Assembly (NCBI GenBank): GCA_951406725.2
Contig: OX597815.1
Span: forward strand, 23,994,001 to 24,058,000
Direction: 5' to 3'
DNA from: Octopus vulgaris
Lineage: Eukaryota
Length of the DNA stretch: 64,000 bases
Of the stretch, positions 52,140 through 64,000 are shown one piece after another. How positions within the stretch are numbered: the stretch's first letter is position 1; the number at the start of each line of letters is the position of its first letter. The position numbers were made by a program, and so were the translations under genes. The notes beneath the pieces were generated by a model that was not told where the DNA came from, did no database searches, and saw only the letters and a list, made by a program, of their open reading frames with translations.

Positions 52140-52363
52140 GCATCCATATTATATCATTTGCATAATATTGTTGTTTCTATCTGTTAGACAAGTGTGATAT
52201 CAGTCTGTGATTGCTCTAGGTATATTTGTACATAGATACTTTACAAGTATTTTCGTTTCCAGAATGTTGAGAGTTACAGAGTTGGTTCTATTTGTGGCCA
52301 TCTTGTACTGCTGATAAGCAGAGAGACGATGAATTTAATATATACTAGTGACAGTCTGTTTTG

Positions 52364-52680
52364 AAGGCGCATGACTCAGTGGTTAGAGCGTCGAGCTTAC
52401 GATCACAAGGATGTGAGCTCGAATCGTGGACCGGGCTGCGTGTTGTGTTCTTGACTAAGACACTTTATTTCACGTTGCTCCAGTTCACTCAGCTGTAGAA
52501 ATGAGTTGCGACGTCACAGGTGCCAAGCTGTATCGGCCTTTGCCTTTCCCTTGGATAACATCAGGGGTATGGAGAAGGGAGGCCGGTATGCATGGGCGAC
52601 TGCTGGTCTTCCATAAACAACTTTGCCCGGACTTGTGCCTGGGAGGGTAACTTCATGGTCTGTGTCGTGACCGAAGGGGC
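52364..52680 (+). mobile_element. tRNA-derived V-domain-like SINE
   Basis: A box tgactcagtgg, B box gctcgaatc, gtgttcttgactaagacactt. Confidence 0.82.
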
Positions 52681-53048
52681 TCTCAGTGAAAGTCTGTTGT
52701 TGTGGAGCCAGGTTACTAGGTGATATAGGTATGGTTGGAATAGTTGTGCAGTTGTGTCTGGAGAGCGTTGAGTGGATGAGTCTGATGTTATCTACATATG
52801 AGACTGTCTGTATGTTTTGTAGAGACGTAGAAGGGTATTGTTGGTGTAAATCGAACAGAATAGATGAAAAGACGGTACCTTGTGGTACCCCATTCGGAAC
52901 ATTGCAGTTTCTGAAAGTGTTGTACACGACGCAGGCTTGATGGTATGACAAGAAATTTACTAATGTTGTTTTTGAAAGTGGTATCGACTTTTTTTAAGGA
53001 ATATAATCGAAAACTCCGATAATTTCGGCAGTGTTTAGAATGGAACTT

Positions 53049-53306
<258 letters not shown>

Positions 53307-54087
53307 CTTCACTTTGTTTTTTTTCGTAGTTGAAGACATTATGTATTTTCTATGTTAGGTTCGACTGCAGTGTAGTGGTAGGTGTAATGGTCTACATTGT
53401 TGTTGGGATTTGGAGAATGGAAGAGTGTGAGTCGGTGATGGAATGATTAGCTTTTCTAAGATTCCCGAAGATGTTCATAGGCGATCGATGAGTATGTTGA
53501 TGTTAGTCCACTTGCATTCTTGTATGAGGATACTTCACTTGGTTTTTTTTTTTTTGTTGCCCAGCACCTAGATTCTTGAATTTGAAAGTGTTAATACGAG
53601 TAGATGCAGATGTTGGTATGTGCAATGATTCTTCCGAAGTATTTTTGTCATTATAGAATTTCAGATATATTTTTGTCATTTTGTCTAGTTCCGAGCATCT
53701 GGAAGTTTTAGATTACTCTATTTTATTTCTTTTATATATATATATATTTTTTCGTATGATGAAAGGAAATTTTCAGAATTGTAGTCGAGGTGGAAGGTGA
53801 CTATTTTCGCTCGAGAATTTCGCTTGCTGTTGCAATGTGGCTGTATAAGTTGAGGCTGATATGGTATGAGTGTGGTATGATCGTAGTTTTTGTTGTGGTT
53901 CACGTTACTGATTACATTCTATATATATTGTTTTACAATTTGTTTTATGGTTTCTACCGGATATAATTTTTTTTTTACTAGTGTTTATAATTTTTTTGTC
54001 ATTTTGTTTTGTTGTTTGATACTGAGCTATATTTCGATTTTATATGGTTTGGGTGTCTCTGATTTCCATGAGTTTGATTATTTCTTG

Positions 54088-54457
54088 CCAGCACTATGAT
54101 CCGGCAACACCGGGTCATAGTGCTAGTGCATGCATATACAGCTGCATGCGTGCACACATAACACGCGAGTACTGTCCAAATTTCCGACCAATCACATACA
54201 GCTAGCTGGCATTCAATTGGCGTATCAACTTTCGGGCATTTTGATTGGGATTTGGATAGAAAAATCATAAAAAAGTCACTTCTATTGATTTTTTTAATGG
54301 CTTTGCGGGGTGACTGGGGAAATGTAAAGATGTGCACGACCACCCTTGGACAGTTTTGAATGACCATAGAAAGTTCGAGCCCTCTAACTGAAAAATTGTG
54401 GATTTGTATAAAGGACACACACACAGACAGACATTTTGCCGTTTATATATAGAGAGA
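54088..54457 (-). mobile_element. Non-autonomous Helitron
   Basis: Minus strand starts A|TCtctctatatataaacggc and ends in a hairpin plus CTGG. Confidence 0.75.
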
Positions 54458-54799
54458 TATGTAATGGAGGCTGCATATTTTATGCTGCTATGTAGAATAT
54501 CTTTTGAATGGGTTTATAATTATTTTGTTGAATGTGTGCACTGTAGTGTCGATGTTACCGAATTCTGAAAACCTTCTGTTCCTTAATGGGACTCGTTCCT
54601 TACAATTTTGTGAAGTTTACAAAAGTATTTTTCTTTCTTCATTGAAGTGAGTGTGTTGTATTGATGATAAATGGTTGGTGATTCGACAAAAATTGAGGAA
54701 TTGGTTGCCAGCTACTTCAGTTAGTCAAAGTGCGTGGAAAAGAATCTGGGAAAGACTTGTTGTAGGAAGCTCGTTGGCAGAAATTGTTTAGACATAAAG

Positions 54800-54965
54800 G
54801 GAGTCTTGTTGCAGTGTGGTGAAAAGCTTGCTTTCCAACCACATGGTTCCGAGTTCAGTCCCACTGCGTGGCACATTGGGCTAGTGTCTTCTACTATAGC
54901 TTCGAACCGACCAAAGTCTTGTGAGTGGATTTGGTAGACGGAAACTGAAAGAAGCTCATGTGTGA

Positions 54966-55034
<69 letters not shown>

Positions 55035-55690
55035 TGCGTCCCCGTACCTTAGCGGTACGACAAAAGAAACCGATAGTATAAGTACCAGGCTTTAAAAAGT
55101 AAGTGCTGTGGTCGATTCATTCGGCTAAAAAAATTCTTCAAGGCAGTGCCTCAGCATGGCCGCAGTCTGATGAGTGAAATAAGTAAAAAGGTAAAAGATA
55201 AAGATACTATTTTATATTATTTGTACCATTTGAAAACGAGTAATCATTGCAATGTTTCGCCCAACGATGATAGTAGGCGTAGGAATGGCTGTGTGGTAAG
55301 TAGCTTGTTTACCAACCACATGGTTCCATGTTCAGTATCACTGCATGGCACCTTGGGCAAGTGTCTTCTACTATAGCCTCGGGCCGACCAAAGCCTTGAG
55401 AGCGGACTTGGTAGACGGAAACTGAAAGAAGCCCGTCGTATATATGTATATATGTATGTGTGTGTGTGTTTGTGTGTTTGTGTGTCTGTGTTTATCCCAC
55501 CAACATCGCTTGACAATCGATGCTGGCGTGTTTACGTCCCCGTAACTTAGCGGTTCGACAAAAGAGACCGATAGAATAAGTACTAGACTTACAAAGAATA
55601 AGTCCTGGGGTAGATTTGCTCGACTAAAAGGCGGTGCTCCGGCATGGCCACAGTCAAATGACTGAAACAAGTAAAAGAGAGATAAAAAGA
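54800..55690 (+). mobile_element. Two consecutive SINE family B copies (~54800-55200 and 55274-55690)
   Basis: Complete head, CORE-like domain and tail in each. Confidence 0.9.
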
Positions 55691-56484
55691 GTATACTGTT
55701 TATAAGAGTATTAAAGTTTTGTTGTTGGATGTGTATAACCTTGTAAGGTGGTTGTGATGATTTGCACGTACACGCACTCGCGCGCGCATGCTTATTATAT
55801 TAATGTGGTTTTTGAAAACTCGTATTTCCAGTGTAGCGTCGTTACTCATTAGTTTACGGATGTAAATTATCGTATCTCTGTATTATATGCGCCTTTTCAT
55901 ACATGTAGTTATATTGTTAAAGGAGTCTTCCTAGCCTAATTTGGGTGTACTATGGAATGCTGGCTTTAATAACATTATGGTGCAATTTTTAAATAATTTT
56001 CTGTCATGCTTACAAAGTTTTTTTTTTTTCAGTATATTTTATAGACTTTGCAAGCTTTTGGAGGGGATCTAGAGACCGCTTCGTAAACATTCGTAGACTA
56101 ATATTTTCTGTCAACTTTAGCACATGCTGAAATATTTCTTATGTGTCTAGAATTTATTGCTTAGACGGCCTTTCAGAGTGTCAACTTTATCGCAAGTATT
56201 AGAGGACGATTAGGCCGAAATTCTAACGGGTCAAGCGACCGCATAGGAACTTTCTCGTTCACTGGTTTTCAACTTATTTTCTAGTAAGTATATATTAGAG
56301 CATATTTCGCTTTAGCTATCTAATAACACTTTAAAATATTTAGAGTTGTCACTTTTGCTAGCCACAGATGAGGCTCACTTCGCGATGAATGTCTTGATTT
56401 AATTTCTAATAAATCTAAGGTTCAGCGTTCTTTCCATTGTCTTCATGAACTGAGATTGTCATTAACTTTTCTGTTAATTACGGA

Positions 56485-57142
56485 CAGTGGCGGCTCGTAG
56501 ATAAAATTAGTGGGGGTGCTGCTTCAGAAAATGTTTAGCTGTTGTTTTAATATTGTGTAAAAGGAAACAAACATATAAAAAGAAAATTTATACATAAACT
56601 TGATCGGTTCGCGTTTTAGCCACTACCGAGTAGTATGTTTAATTTGTTCACTGAACACCGCCGCGAATTCCCCCTTGTTTTTCAAAAATCCCCCCTAAAT
56701 CACAAAATAAGTGGGGTGGGAAATCTGTCTTATAATAATCTTAATTCCACACTTTGTCACATTCAAGAATATAAGCACGTTTTTAAGCACAACACACGCG
56801 GAGTAAAACAAAACACTACCTTTCACTAGCACACCAGGGTCGGCACTGTTTGAACGACAGTGCTCTCTCTCCCTAGCGTGCAGGTTCCTATCTCGGACAT
56901 GTGAGCATGAACGCAACAGCCAAACACCGCGTCGCTGGAACTGTGAAGCGCACAGTTCTATACAAGGATTTTTGTATTTTTTTCATAAACTAGGGGATGG
57001 TTATTGACGTTAAGCTTAAGGATGATATAATGTATTAATATAAAGAAAGAATTAAAGAAAAAGAAACTCATTATATTGAATAATATCGAGTGGAAATAGG
57101 GGGTGCTGCAGTTTCGCAGTGCCTATACACGAGCCGCCATTG
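56485..57142. mobile_element. Non-autonomous hAT element with 8-bp TSD
   Basis: TIR cagtggcggctcgt / acgagccgccattg; TSD attacgga / actacgga. Confidence 0.88.
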
Positions 57143-57508
57143 ACTACGGAGCTAATGTCTATAAGTTAAAATATATTTAAACCATACCACTCTAAGTATG
57201 TTAACGCGCTATAACGTGTGTGTGTGTGTATGTGCATATACAAGCACACGCAATTTTTTAACATGCGTGGGATGAATTATTATTGGAACAATTGTTATTT
57301 TATCGTAGCTGGGTGTGTGTCCTTACTGCTAACCACACAACCGTGAAGTAAAAAGAGTAATTTATCTTTTGTCAAGCTAGCGACCAAGAGCGAGTGTAAC
57401 TATGTACCATGTCTAACATAAAAAACTGTGTTAACACATAAATGTATGACCGTGTTTCATTAGTCCAGCACCGTAGCCTAACATAACTGTGCTCTTCTCT
57501 CTTTCTTC

Positions 57509-57511
<3 letters not shown>

Positions 57512-57552
<41 letters not shown>

Positions 57553-57670
57553 ATAATAATAATAATAATAATAATCAAAATTAAAATAATAATAATAATA
57601 ACAATAATAATTAAAATATTAATAATAATAATAAAATAAAAATAATAATAATAATAACAATAATAATTAA

Positions 57671-57759
<89 letters not shown>

Positions 57760-57769
57760 TAATAATTAA

Positions 57770-57804
<35 letters not shown>

Positions 57805-57814
57805 TAATAATTAA

Positions 57815-57870
<56 letters not shown>

Positions 57871-57880
57871 CAACAACAAC

Positions 57881-57937
<57 letters not shown>
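57512..57937. repeat. (CT)n followed by a degenerate (AAT)n tract
   Basis: Direct reading. Confidence 0.96.
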
Positions 57938-57938
<1 letters not shown>

Positions 57939-58288
57939 TATACACATACATACAGAATCCAACGTTTGGCCAAGTAGGAAACAATAAAGTAAAAAGAAAA
58001 ACCTGATCCAATGATTGGTTCGCAACATTACGATGTGAAGTTTGTCATTTTTTTTTATAAGATCTTATGTTATGAGCGAATGGGATACTGACGTTTCGAA
58101 TTGGACCGCTTCATCTAAGTTGTAGTAATTTGAGTTGTGCTCCAGTAACGGGCACATTGGCCGTTTTATTTATAATGGATTTGTTATTCTCTTTGTAGTT
58201 AGGACGTATCAGTAATTATTTGTTTTAATTTTATACACACACACACACACATATATATATTGTAAAATATATTTGCCAATATATATTT

Positions 58289-59846
58289 TCAGAGCTTTCT
58301 TGCAAGTGGTAAGCTCCCAGTCAAACTGAAAGAGGGGGTAATATGCCCTATCCATAAGGGAGGTAGCAGAGCAGATGCTAAAAATTATAGGCCTATCTCT
58401 CTGACCTCACACATCAGCAAAGTCATGGAACGAATAGTCCGTAAGAAACTAATCATGTTCCTTGAAGAAAATGACTTACTGTCTGACACCCAGCATGGAT
58501 TTCGACCAGGTAGAGGCTGCCTAACACAGCTCCTGCAACACTATGACTGGGTGTTGAAACAGCTACTAAATGGCTCAAATGTGGATGTAATATATCTTGA
58601 CTTTGCAAAAGCCTTTGATAAAGTCGACCATGGTATGATCTGTCACAAACTGCGTGGTCTCGGCATAGGCGGGAAACTTGGAGAGTGGCTGCACAACTTC
58701 CTAAAAGACAGAAAACAGGCAGTTGTGAGCAATGGAGCCACCTCCAGGGAAACGCAAATAACAAGCGGTGTCCCACAGGGCACTGTCTTGGGGCCACTGA
58801 TGTTCATAGTGGCCCTTTCAGACATGCCTTCAGTTGCTACGATGACCACCCTTGCTAGCTATGCAGATGACACAAAGGTCTCCCACGCAATACAGAACCC
58901 TGAAAATATTGCGCATCTGCAACATGAGCTGGACACAATATACAGGTGGGCTGAGGACAACAACATGCAGTTTAATGCAGGTAAGTTCCAGGCCCTGCGC
59001 TACTGGCACACAAAGGTAAATGACGTGAAGACTGGATACACTGGCCCAGGAAGAATTGCAATCCCTGAGTCAAAATCAGTGCGTGACCTGGGCATTGACA
59101 TGAGCAATGATGCATCTTTCCAAATGCATATTGCTAATCTGGTGATAAAATGCAGACGGCTAGCTGGATGGATTCTCCGAACTTTCAGAACAAGAGAGAA
59201 GGAGACACTGATGGTCCTATGGAAAACATTTGTCCTCAGCCGCTTGGACTACTGCTCCCAACTTTGGTCACCACACAATATAAAACAAACAGCAGAACTC
59301 GAAGCAACTCAGAGAAGCTACACAAAGAAAATCGTCTCAATGCAAAATGTCAGCTACTGGGAAAGACTGAAGGTATTAAACCTCTTCTCCCTGGAGCGGA
59401 GGCGGGAGAGATATGCAGTAATATACATCTGGAAAATCCTGGAGGGTCTTGTCCCAAACTTTGGCATTCAAAGTTACTCCAACCGCAGAACGGGCGCCGC
59501 TGCGTGGTGCCAAGGATTCCAACATCACCATCAAAATACAGGTCCAGATACTGCAACAGCTTGGGTTTCAGAGGACCACAGCTTTTCAACATCCTCCCTA
59601 AATGCCTGAGAGACTTACATGGTGTGGATGTGGGTTTCTTTAAAACTAAACTGGATCTCTTCTTGTTGGGAGTCCCAGATGAACCTACCTCACGACAGGA
59701 GACACGGATGCGGGCAGCAGCATCGAACTCCCTTGTTGATCAAGTGCCACGTATCAGAGGTGGATTCACAAACTAGTGTGGCTCATTCAGCGGTGGTGCC
59801 CCAGCATGGCCGCGGCCTTCGGGCTAAAACATTTTTAAGGATTTAA

Positions 59847-59850
<4 letters not shown>
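58289..59850 (+). mobile_element. 5'-truncated CR1-group LINE
   Basis: Starts at FQSFLASGKLP...PIHKGG...NYRPISL; has a 3' UTR and a (tttaagga) tail; sits in (TA)n. Confidence 0.92.
58425..59776 (+). pseudogene. CR1-group LINE reverse transcriptase with one frameshift near 59490
   Basis: QHGFR, YLDFAKAFDKV, SGVPQGTVLGP, YADD, VRDLG and LERRRERY; the C-terminus (GPQLFNILP...FKTKLD.FL..VPDEP) continues in the 59150..59776 frame. Confidence 0.92.
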
Positions 59851-59890
<40 letters not shown>

Positions 59891-59899
59891 TGTAAAATA

Positions 59900-60530
59900 T
59901 ATTTGCCAACTGAATGTGGCGGTCCCATAGGAGACAATATTACTATTGTTTTTAGGCTCAGGAAGACATTTCCTCCAGCTGGCTAACGATGCACTGTCTG
60001 TGTACGATTAGTATGTACGAGGGTAGGTTATCGCTCCCATCTCTAATCTTACGTGATATACACAGACCCGGGTTTCTGAGTAGTTATCCGTCTTCAGCGT
60101 ATGATAATCACCATCTAGTGGTGAAAACTCATTCTTCTAGCAAAATACTATATGCTTTTTCCAGCAACAAAGTGTCGCTGATTTCGAAAAAGGAGAAATA
60201 AGCTATATTAAATCTCTGAGAGAGAGTTATAATTCTCCATTTTCATGACCAGCAACAGTTTGTCGCTAGAAAAAGCATATAGTATTTTGCTAGTAGAATA
60301 AGTTTTCATCACTAGCTGTTGATTATCACACATTCAAGACGGGTAACTACTCAGAAACCTGGGTCTGTGTGTATCACGTAAGGTTAGAGATAGGAGCGAT
60401 GACCAACCCTCGCAAATACTAATCGGACACAGACAGTGTGCCGTTAGCCAGCTGGCGAAGATGTCTTCATGGGGCTAAAGACACTAATAACATTACCCTC
60501 TATGGGTCCGCCACATTTAGGTGGCAAATA
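59900..60530. mobile_element. Palindromic (fold-back) element, 300-bp arms and 31-nt loop
   Basis: 59900-60199 versus the reverse complement of 60231-60530 aligns without gaps at ~84% identity; TA-rich flanks; a related fragment lies at ~37830-37870. Confidence 0.9.
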
Positions 60531-60556
60531 TATATCAGAGATTTAATATCTCTCTA

Positions 60557-60616
<60 letters not shown>

Positions 60617-60617
60617 G

Positions 60618-60674
<57 letters not shown>

Positions 60675-60756
60675 TATCTCCTTAATTTCTTGGAGATTTT
60701 AGATAATTATACTGATGTGTCCATCTGAATTTAGATGAGATTGCTCCATTTTATAA

Positions 60757-61015
60757 CCCTAGTGGTTAGGGAGTTGCACTCACGATCGCGATATCATGGT
60801 TTCAATTCCTAGACCGGGTGGTGCGTTTTGTTCTTGAGCAAATCCCTTCATCTCGCGTTGCTTTGCGATCGCTTCGACACCTGACATGTGGTACATCATG
60901 CACCTGTTCCGACTACATTAATTTGATAGAGAGTGTGAGCAAATGTGTGGCACAAACATTTGAACAGTATAAACAAATCATTTGTGCAGGTTATTCAACA
61001 AAAACTGAACGCTCA
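60757..61015 (+). mobile_element. SINE family D
   Basis: Homologous to 37563-37830. Confidence 0.8.
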
Positions 61016-61024
61016 TATATATTC

Positions 61025-61408
61025 TTTTATTCATTTATTTGTTTCAGTCATTTGACTGCGGTCATGCTGGAGCACCGCCTTTTAGTCAAAGAAATCGACC
61101 CCAGAACTTATTCTTTGTAAGCCTAATTCTTATTCTATCAGCCGCTTTTGCCGAACTGCTAAGTTACAGAGATATAAGCATACCAGCATCGGCTGTCAAG
61201 CGATGGCGGAAGGACAAACACACAAACATATAGATATATATATACCTTATACGACAGGCTTCTTTCAGTTTCTGTCTACAAAATCCACTCACATGGCTTT
61301 AGTCAGCCTGAAGCTATAGTAGAAAACACTTGCCCAAGGTACCAAGCTGCGGGACTGAACTCGGAACCATGTGGTTGGTAAGCAAGCTACTTAACACACA
61401 GCCACTTC
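61025..61408 (-). mobile_element. SINE family B
   Basis: Reverse complement of the family consensus. Confidence 0.88.
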
Positions 61409-62093
61409 TATATAATTTAATTTAATTTAATTCTATTACCTTTTTTTATTGTTTTACTTTTAATAAGCAATTTATTTGGTTTATTTATTTGAACTTGTTT
61501 CATAGATATTGATCTAAGCTTGTCTTTTCCCTTCCACATTGTTCGAGGACATTATTTACGAGATGTAATGTTCTACTCGTCTTTATTGGGCTTATTTTTT
61601 GTGAGATTTCATATTCATGATTTGATATTGACTGAGAAACAAAGCATCTAGTAGTCTATCTTTGTGGTATTGTCTGAATATTCTTTTTCGAATAAGCTCT
61701 TTGTTATAAGTACTATTTTGTAGTCATAAGTCTTTGTTTACTCTGATTTTGTTACTTGTAGTAATAGGCTGCTGAATTCCCTAGCAACGTTCATATTTTT
61801 AACACTGTTGACACCGCGGCATTGAATGGGACAACTCTCGTACCGAAACCATAGTGATATCCAGTTGGCAGCTGATTATGGGAATACACAATTTGTTATG
61901 CTTGATTGTGAATTTCTTATACTTTAGTCTCGTTATTCTGTGTTGTCCTTCATTCATGTAATGTGGATGGTGCTTGTGCGTTGGTGGTTTGTGGGGATCC
62001 TTTACATTGTTATTGTTTGATTTTCTTCACTGGTAATCTAGTTAGGCTTAGATAATGCTTAGATATGGATGTCTAGTTTTAGGAGCTTCTGTG

Positions 62094-62094
<1 letters not shown>

Positions 62095-62186
<92 letters not shown>

Positions 62187-62414
62187 TACATACATACATA
62201 CATACATACATACATACATACATACATGCATGCATGCACACATACATACATACATACTGAGAGAGTGTGGTAGAAAAATTGATGGATGCACATATATGCG
62301 TATATGTATATATGTGTGTATATGTGCGTGTGTGTGCGTGTGTCTGTGTGCGTATGTATAAATGTGCATATACGTAAATCCTGTACATGATATGCCATAT
62401 ATATATACGCGAGT

Positions 62415-62501
<87 letters not shown>

Positions 62502-62610
62502 TACATATATATATATATATATGCATAATATATATATATATATATATATATATCATGCATGCATGTATGTATGTATATGTATATATCTATATACTGTATA
62601 TATATATAAG
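62095..62610. repeat. Compound (CA)n/(CATA)n/(TA)n microsatellites
   Basis: Direct reading. Confidence 0.96.
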
Positions 62611-62732
62611 CGTGTGTGTCTGCTATTTCGTGAACCGTTTCGACATTTTTAAGCTATGTGAATAACTTCTAGAAAGTACTTCAAGTATATTATGAAAGAA
62701 TGAGGGAGAGAAAAGAGGCGGGGTAGGGGTTG

Positions 62733-62763
<31 letters not shown>

Positions 62764-62913
62764 GAGAACGAAAGAACGAAAGAAAGGAAGAAAGGAAGGA
62801 AGAAAGAAAGACAGAAAAAAGTCTGTTACTAAGTTGGTTGACTTGAAATAACCCTGCTATTTGAAGATATATTTAATGAATGCACCACTTTTTTCAGGAA
62901 TCTTTCATTATCA

Positions 62914-62999
<86 letters not shown>

Positions 63000-63387
63000 A
63001 ACCGAGATCTCGGTGTCGGGTAGATATCTAAGTGTTGTAATTTCTCGAGAGAATATTTTAGACGGCAGAGATCATGTTATGAAGAAGGTACGATACGGCA
63101 AGTTTTGGTGCTGATGCCTGTTGTTGTTGCTATTGTTGTTATTGTCATCGTTGTTGTTGTTGTTGTTATTGTGGTAGTTCTGCTTACTAGTTTTGTGATT
63201 AGACAAACCCTTTTTTTCTTTTTTTCTTGTGCTGGAAAAAATACCTGAGCTTCCTCAAGATGGTACTTGATTGCATGTTCAGTAAATTTTCCCGTTTCAA
63301 CTCAAGCTGAGAGTAATGGCGGCAGATAAGATAAACGCCGGATTGCGATGGAATCAACAGCAACAAAACTATCAGCTATCACTATAT

Positions 63388-63653
63388 TCCTCCTCCTCCT
63401 CCTTCTCCTCCTCTTCCTCCACCACCTCCTCCACCTCCTCCTCCTAAACCACCACCACCACCACCATCACCACCATCTCCACCTCCTCCTCCACCGCCAC
63501 CACCACCTCCTCCTCCTCCTTCTCCACCACCTCCTCCTCCAGCACCTGCTCCTCCTCCTCCTCCAGCTCTTCCTCCTCCTCCTCTACCTCCTCCTCCTCC
63601 ACCTCCTCCTCCACCTCCTCCTCCACCTCCTCCTCCACCTCCTCCTCCTCTTC

Positions 63654-63704
<51 letters not shown>

Positions 63705-63722
63705 GTCATCATCATCATCATC
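63388..63722. repeat. (CCT/CCA)n followed by (CAT)n
   Basis: Direct reading. Confidence 0.95.
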
Positions 63723-64000
63723 CTAGTATAGTCTTCGTCGTTATCGACGTCGTCGTATTCGTCATCATTAGCAGTATTATTAACCATAAAGGTGTTGGCT
63801 GTTCAGAAAGGTGTTGGATGCTCTCCAGTAAAGTAGATAACAGCTTGGGAAAATACGCATCCCTTTAAGCTAATGTTTTTCGCGCAATTCAAAAGAATTT
63901 GATGGAGGACTTTTTTCTCCAAATGTTTGAGTCAACTCTTTGCATGACATAAACAGACTTTTGCAATCTGGAATATAATCATATTTCATCCATACAACAA

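Noticed and set aside
59900-60530. Viroid- or obelisk-like rod RNA
   Set aside because: No G-U strand bias, ribozyme or credible ORF; a palindromic DNA element is the simpler reading.

Overview
Repeat-saturated, AT-rich eukaryotic non-coding DNA (intron or intergenic). The SINE families and microsatellite load resemble an octopus (coleoid cephalopod) genome; that assignment is inferred from recall, not from a search. No host protein-coding exon is supported, and most ORF-track entries are microsatellite artefacts. Retroelements: a 5'-truncated RTE LINE with a PHD finger inside its RT region and a structured ~60-bp tandem array in its 3' UTR, CR1-group LINEs, R4/Dong-type and HERO-type LINE pieces, and a Gypsy remnant with a tRNA-Trp primer site. 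DNA elements: MULE, mariner and hAT remnants, Helitrons and MITEs. There are also several tRNA-derived SINE families. The strongest signal is a set of short, non-coding, (TA)n-embedded cassettes carrying minimal type-I hammerhead ribozymes in tandem or fold-back arrangements, as in Penelope-like or retrozyme elements. One has a compensatory G3:C8 catalytic core. Also notable are a gap-free 300-bp-arm palindrome, a MITE whose three copies have three different target-site outcomes, and clear template-switch scars. All alignments and counts were done by eye.
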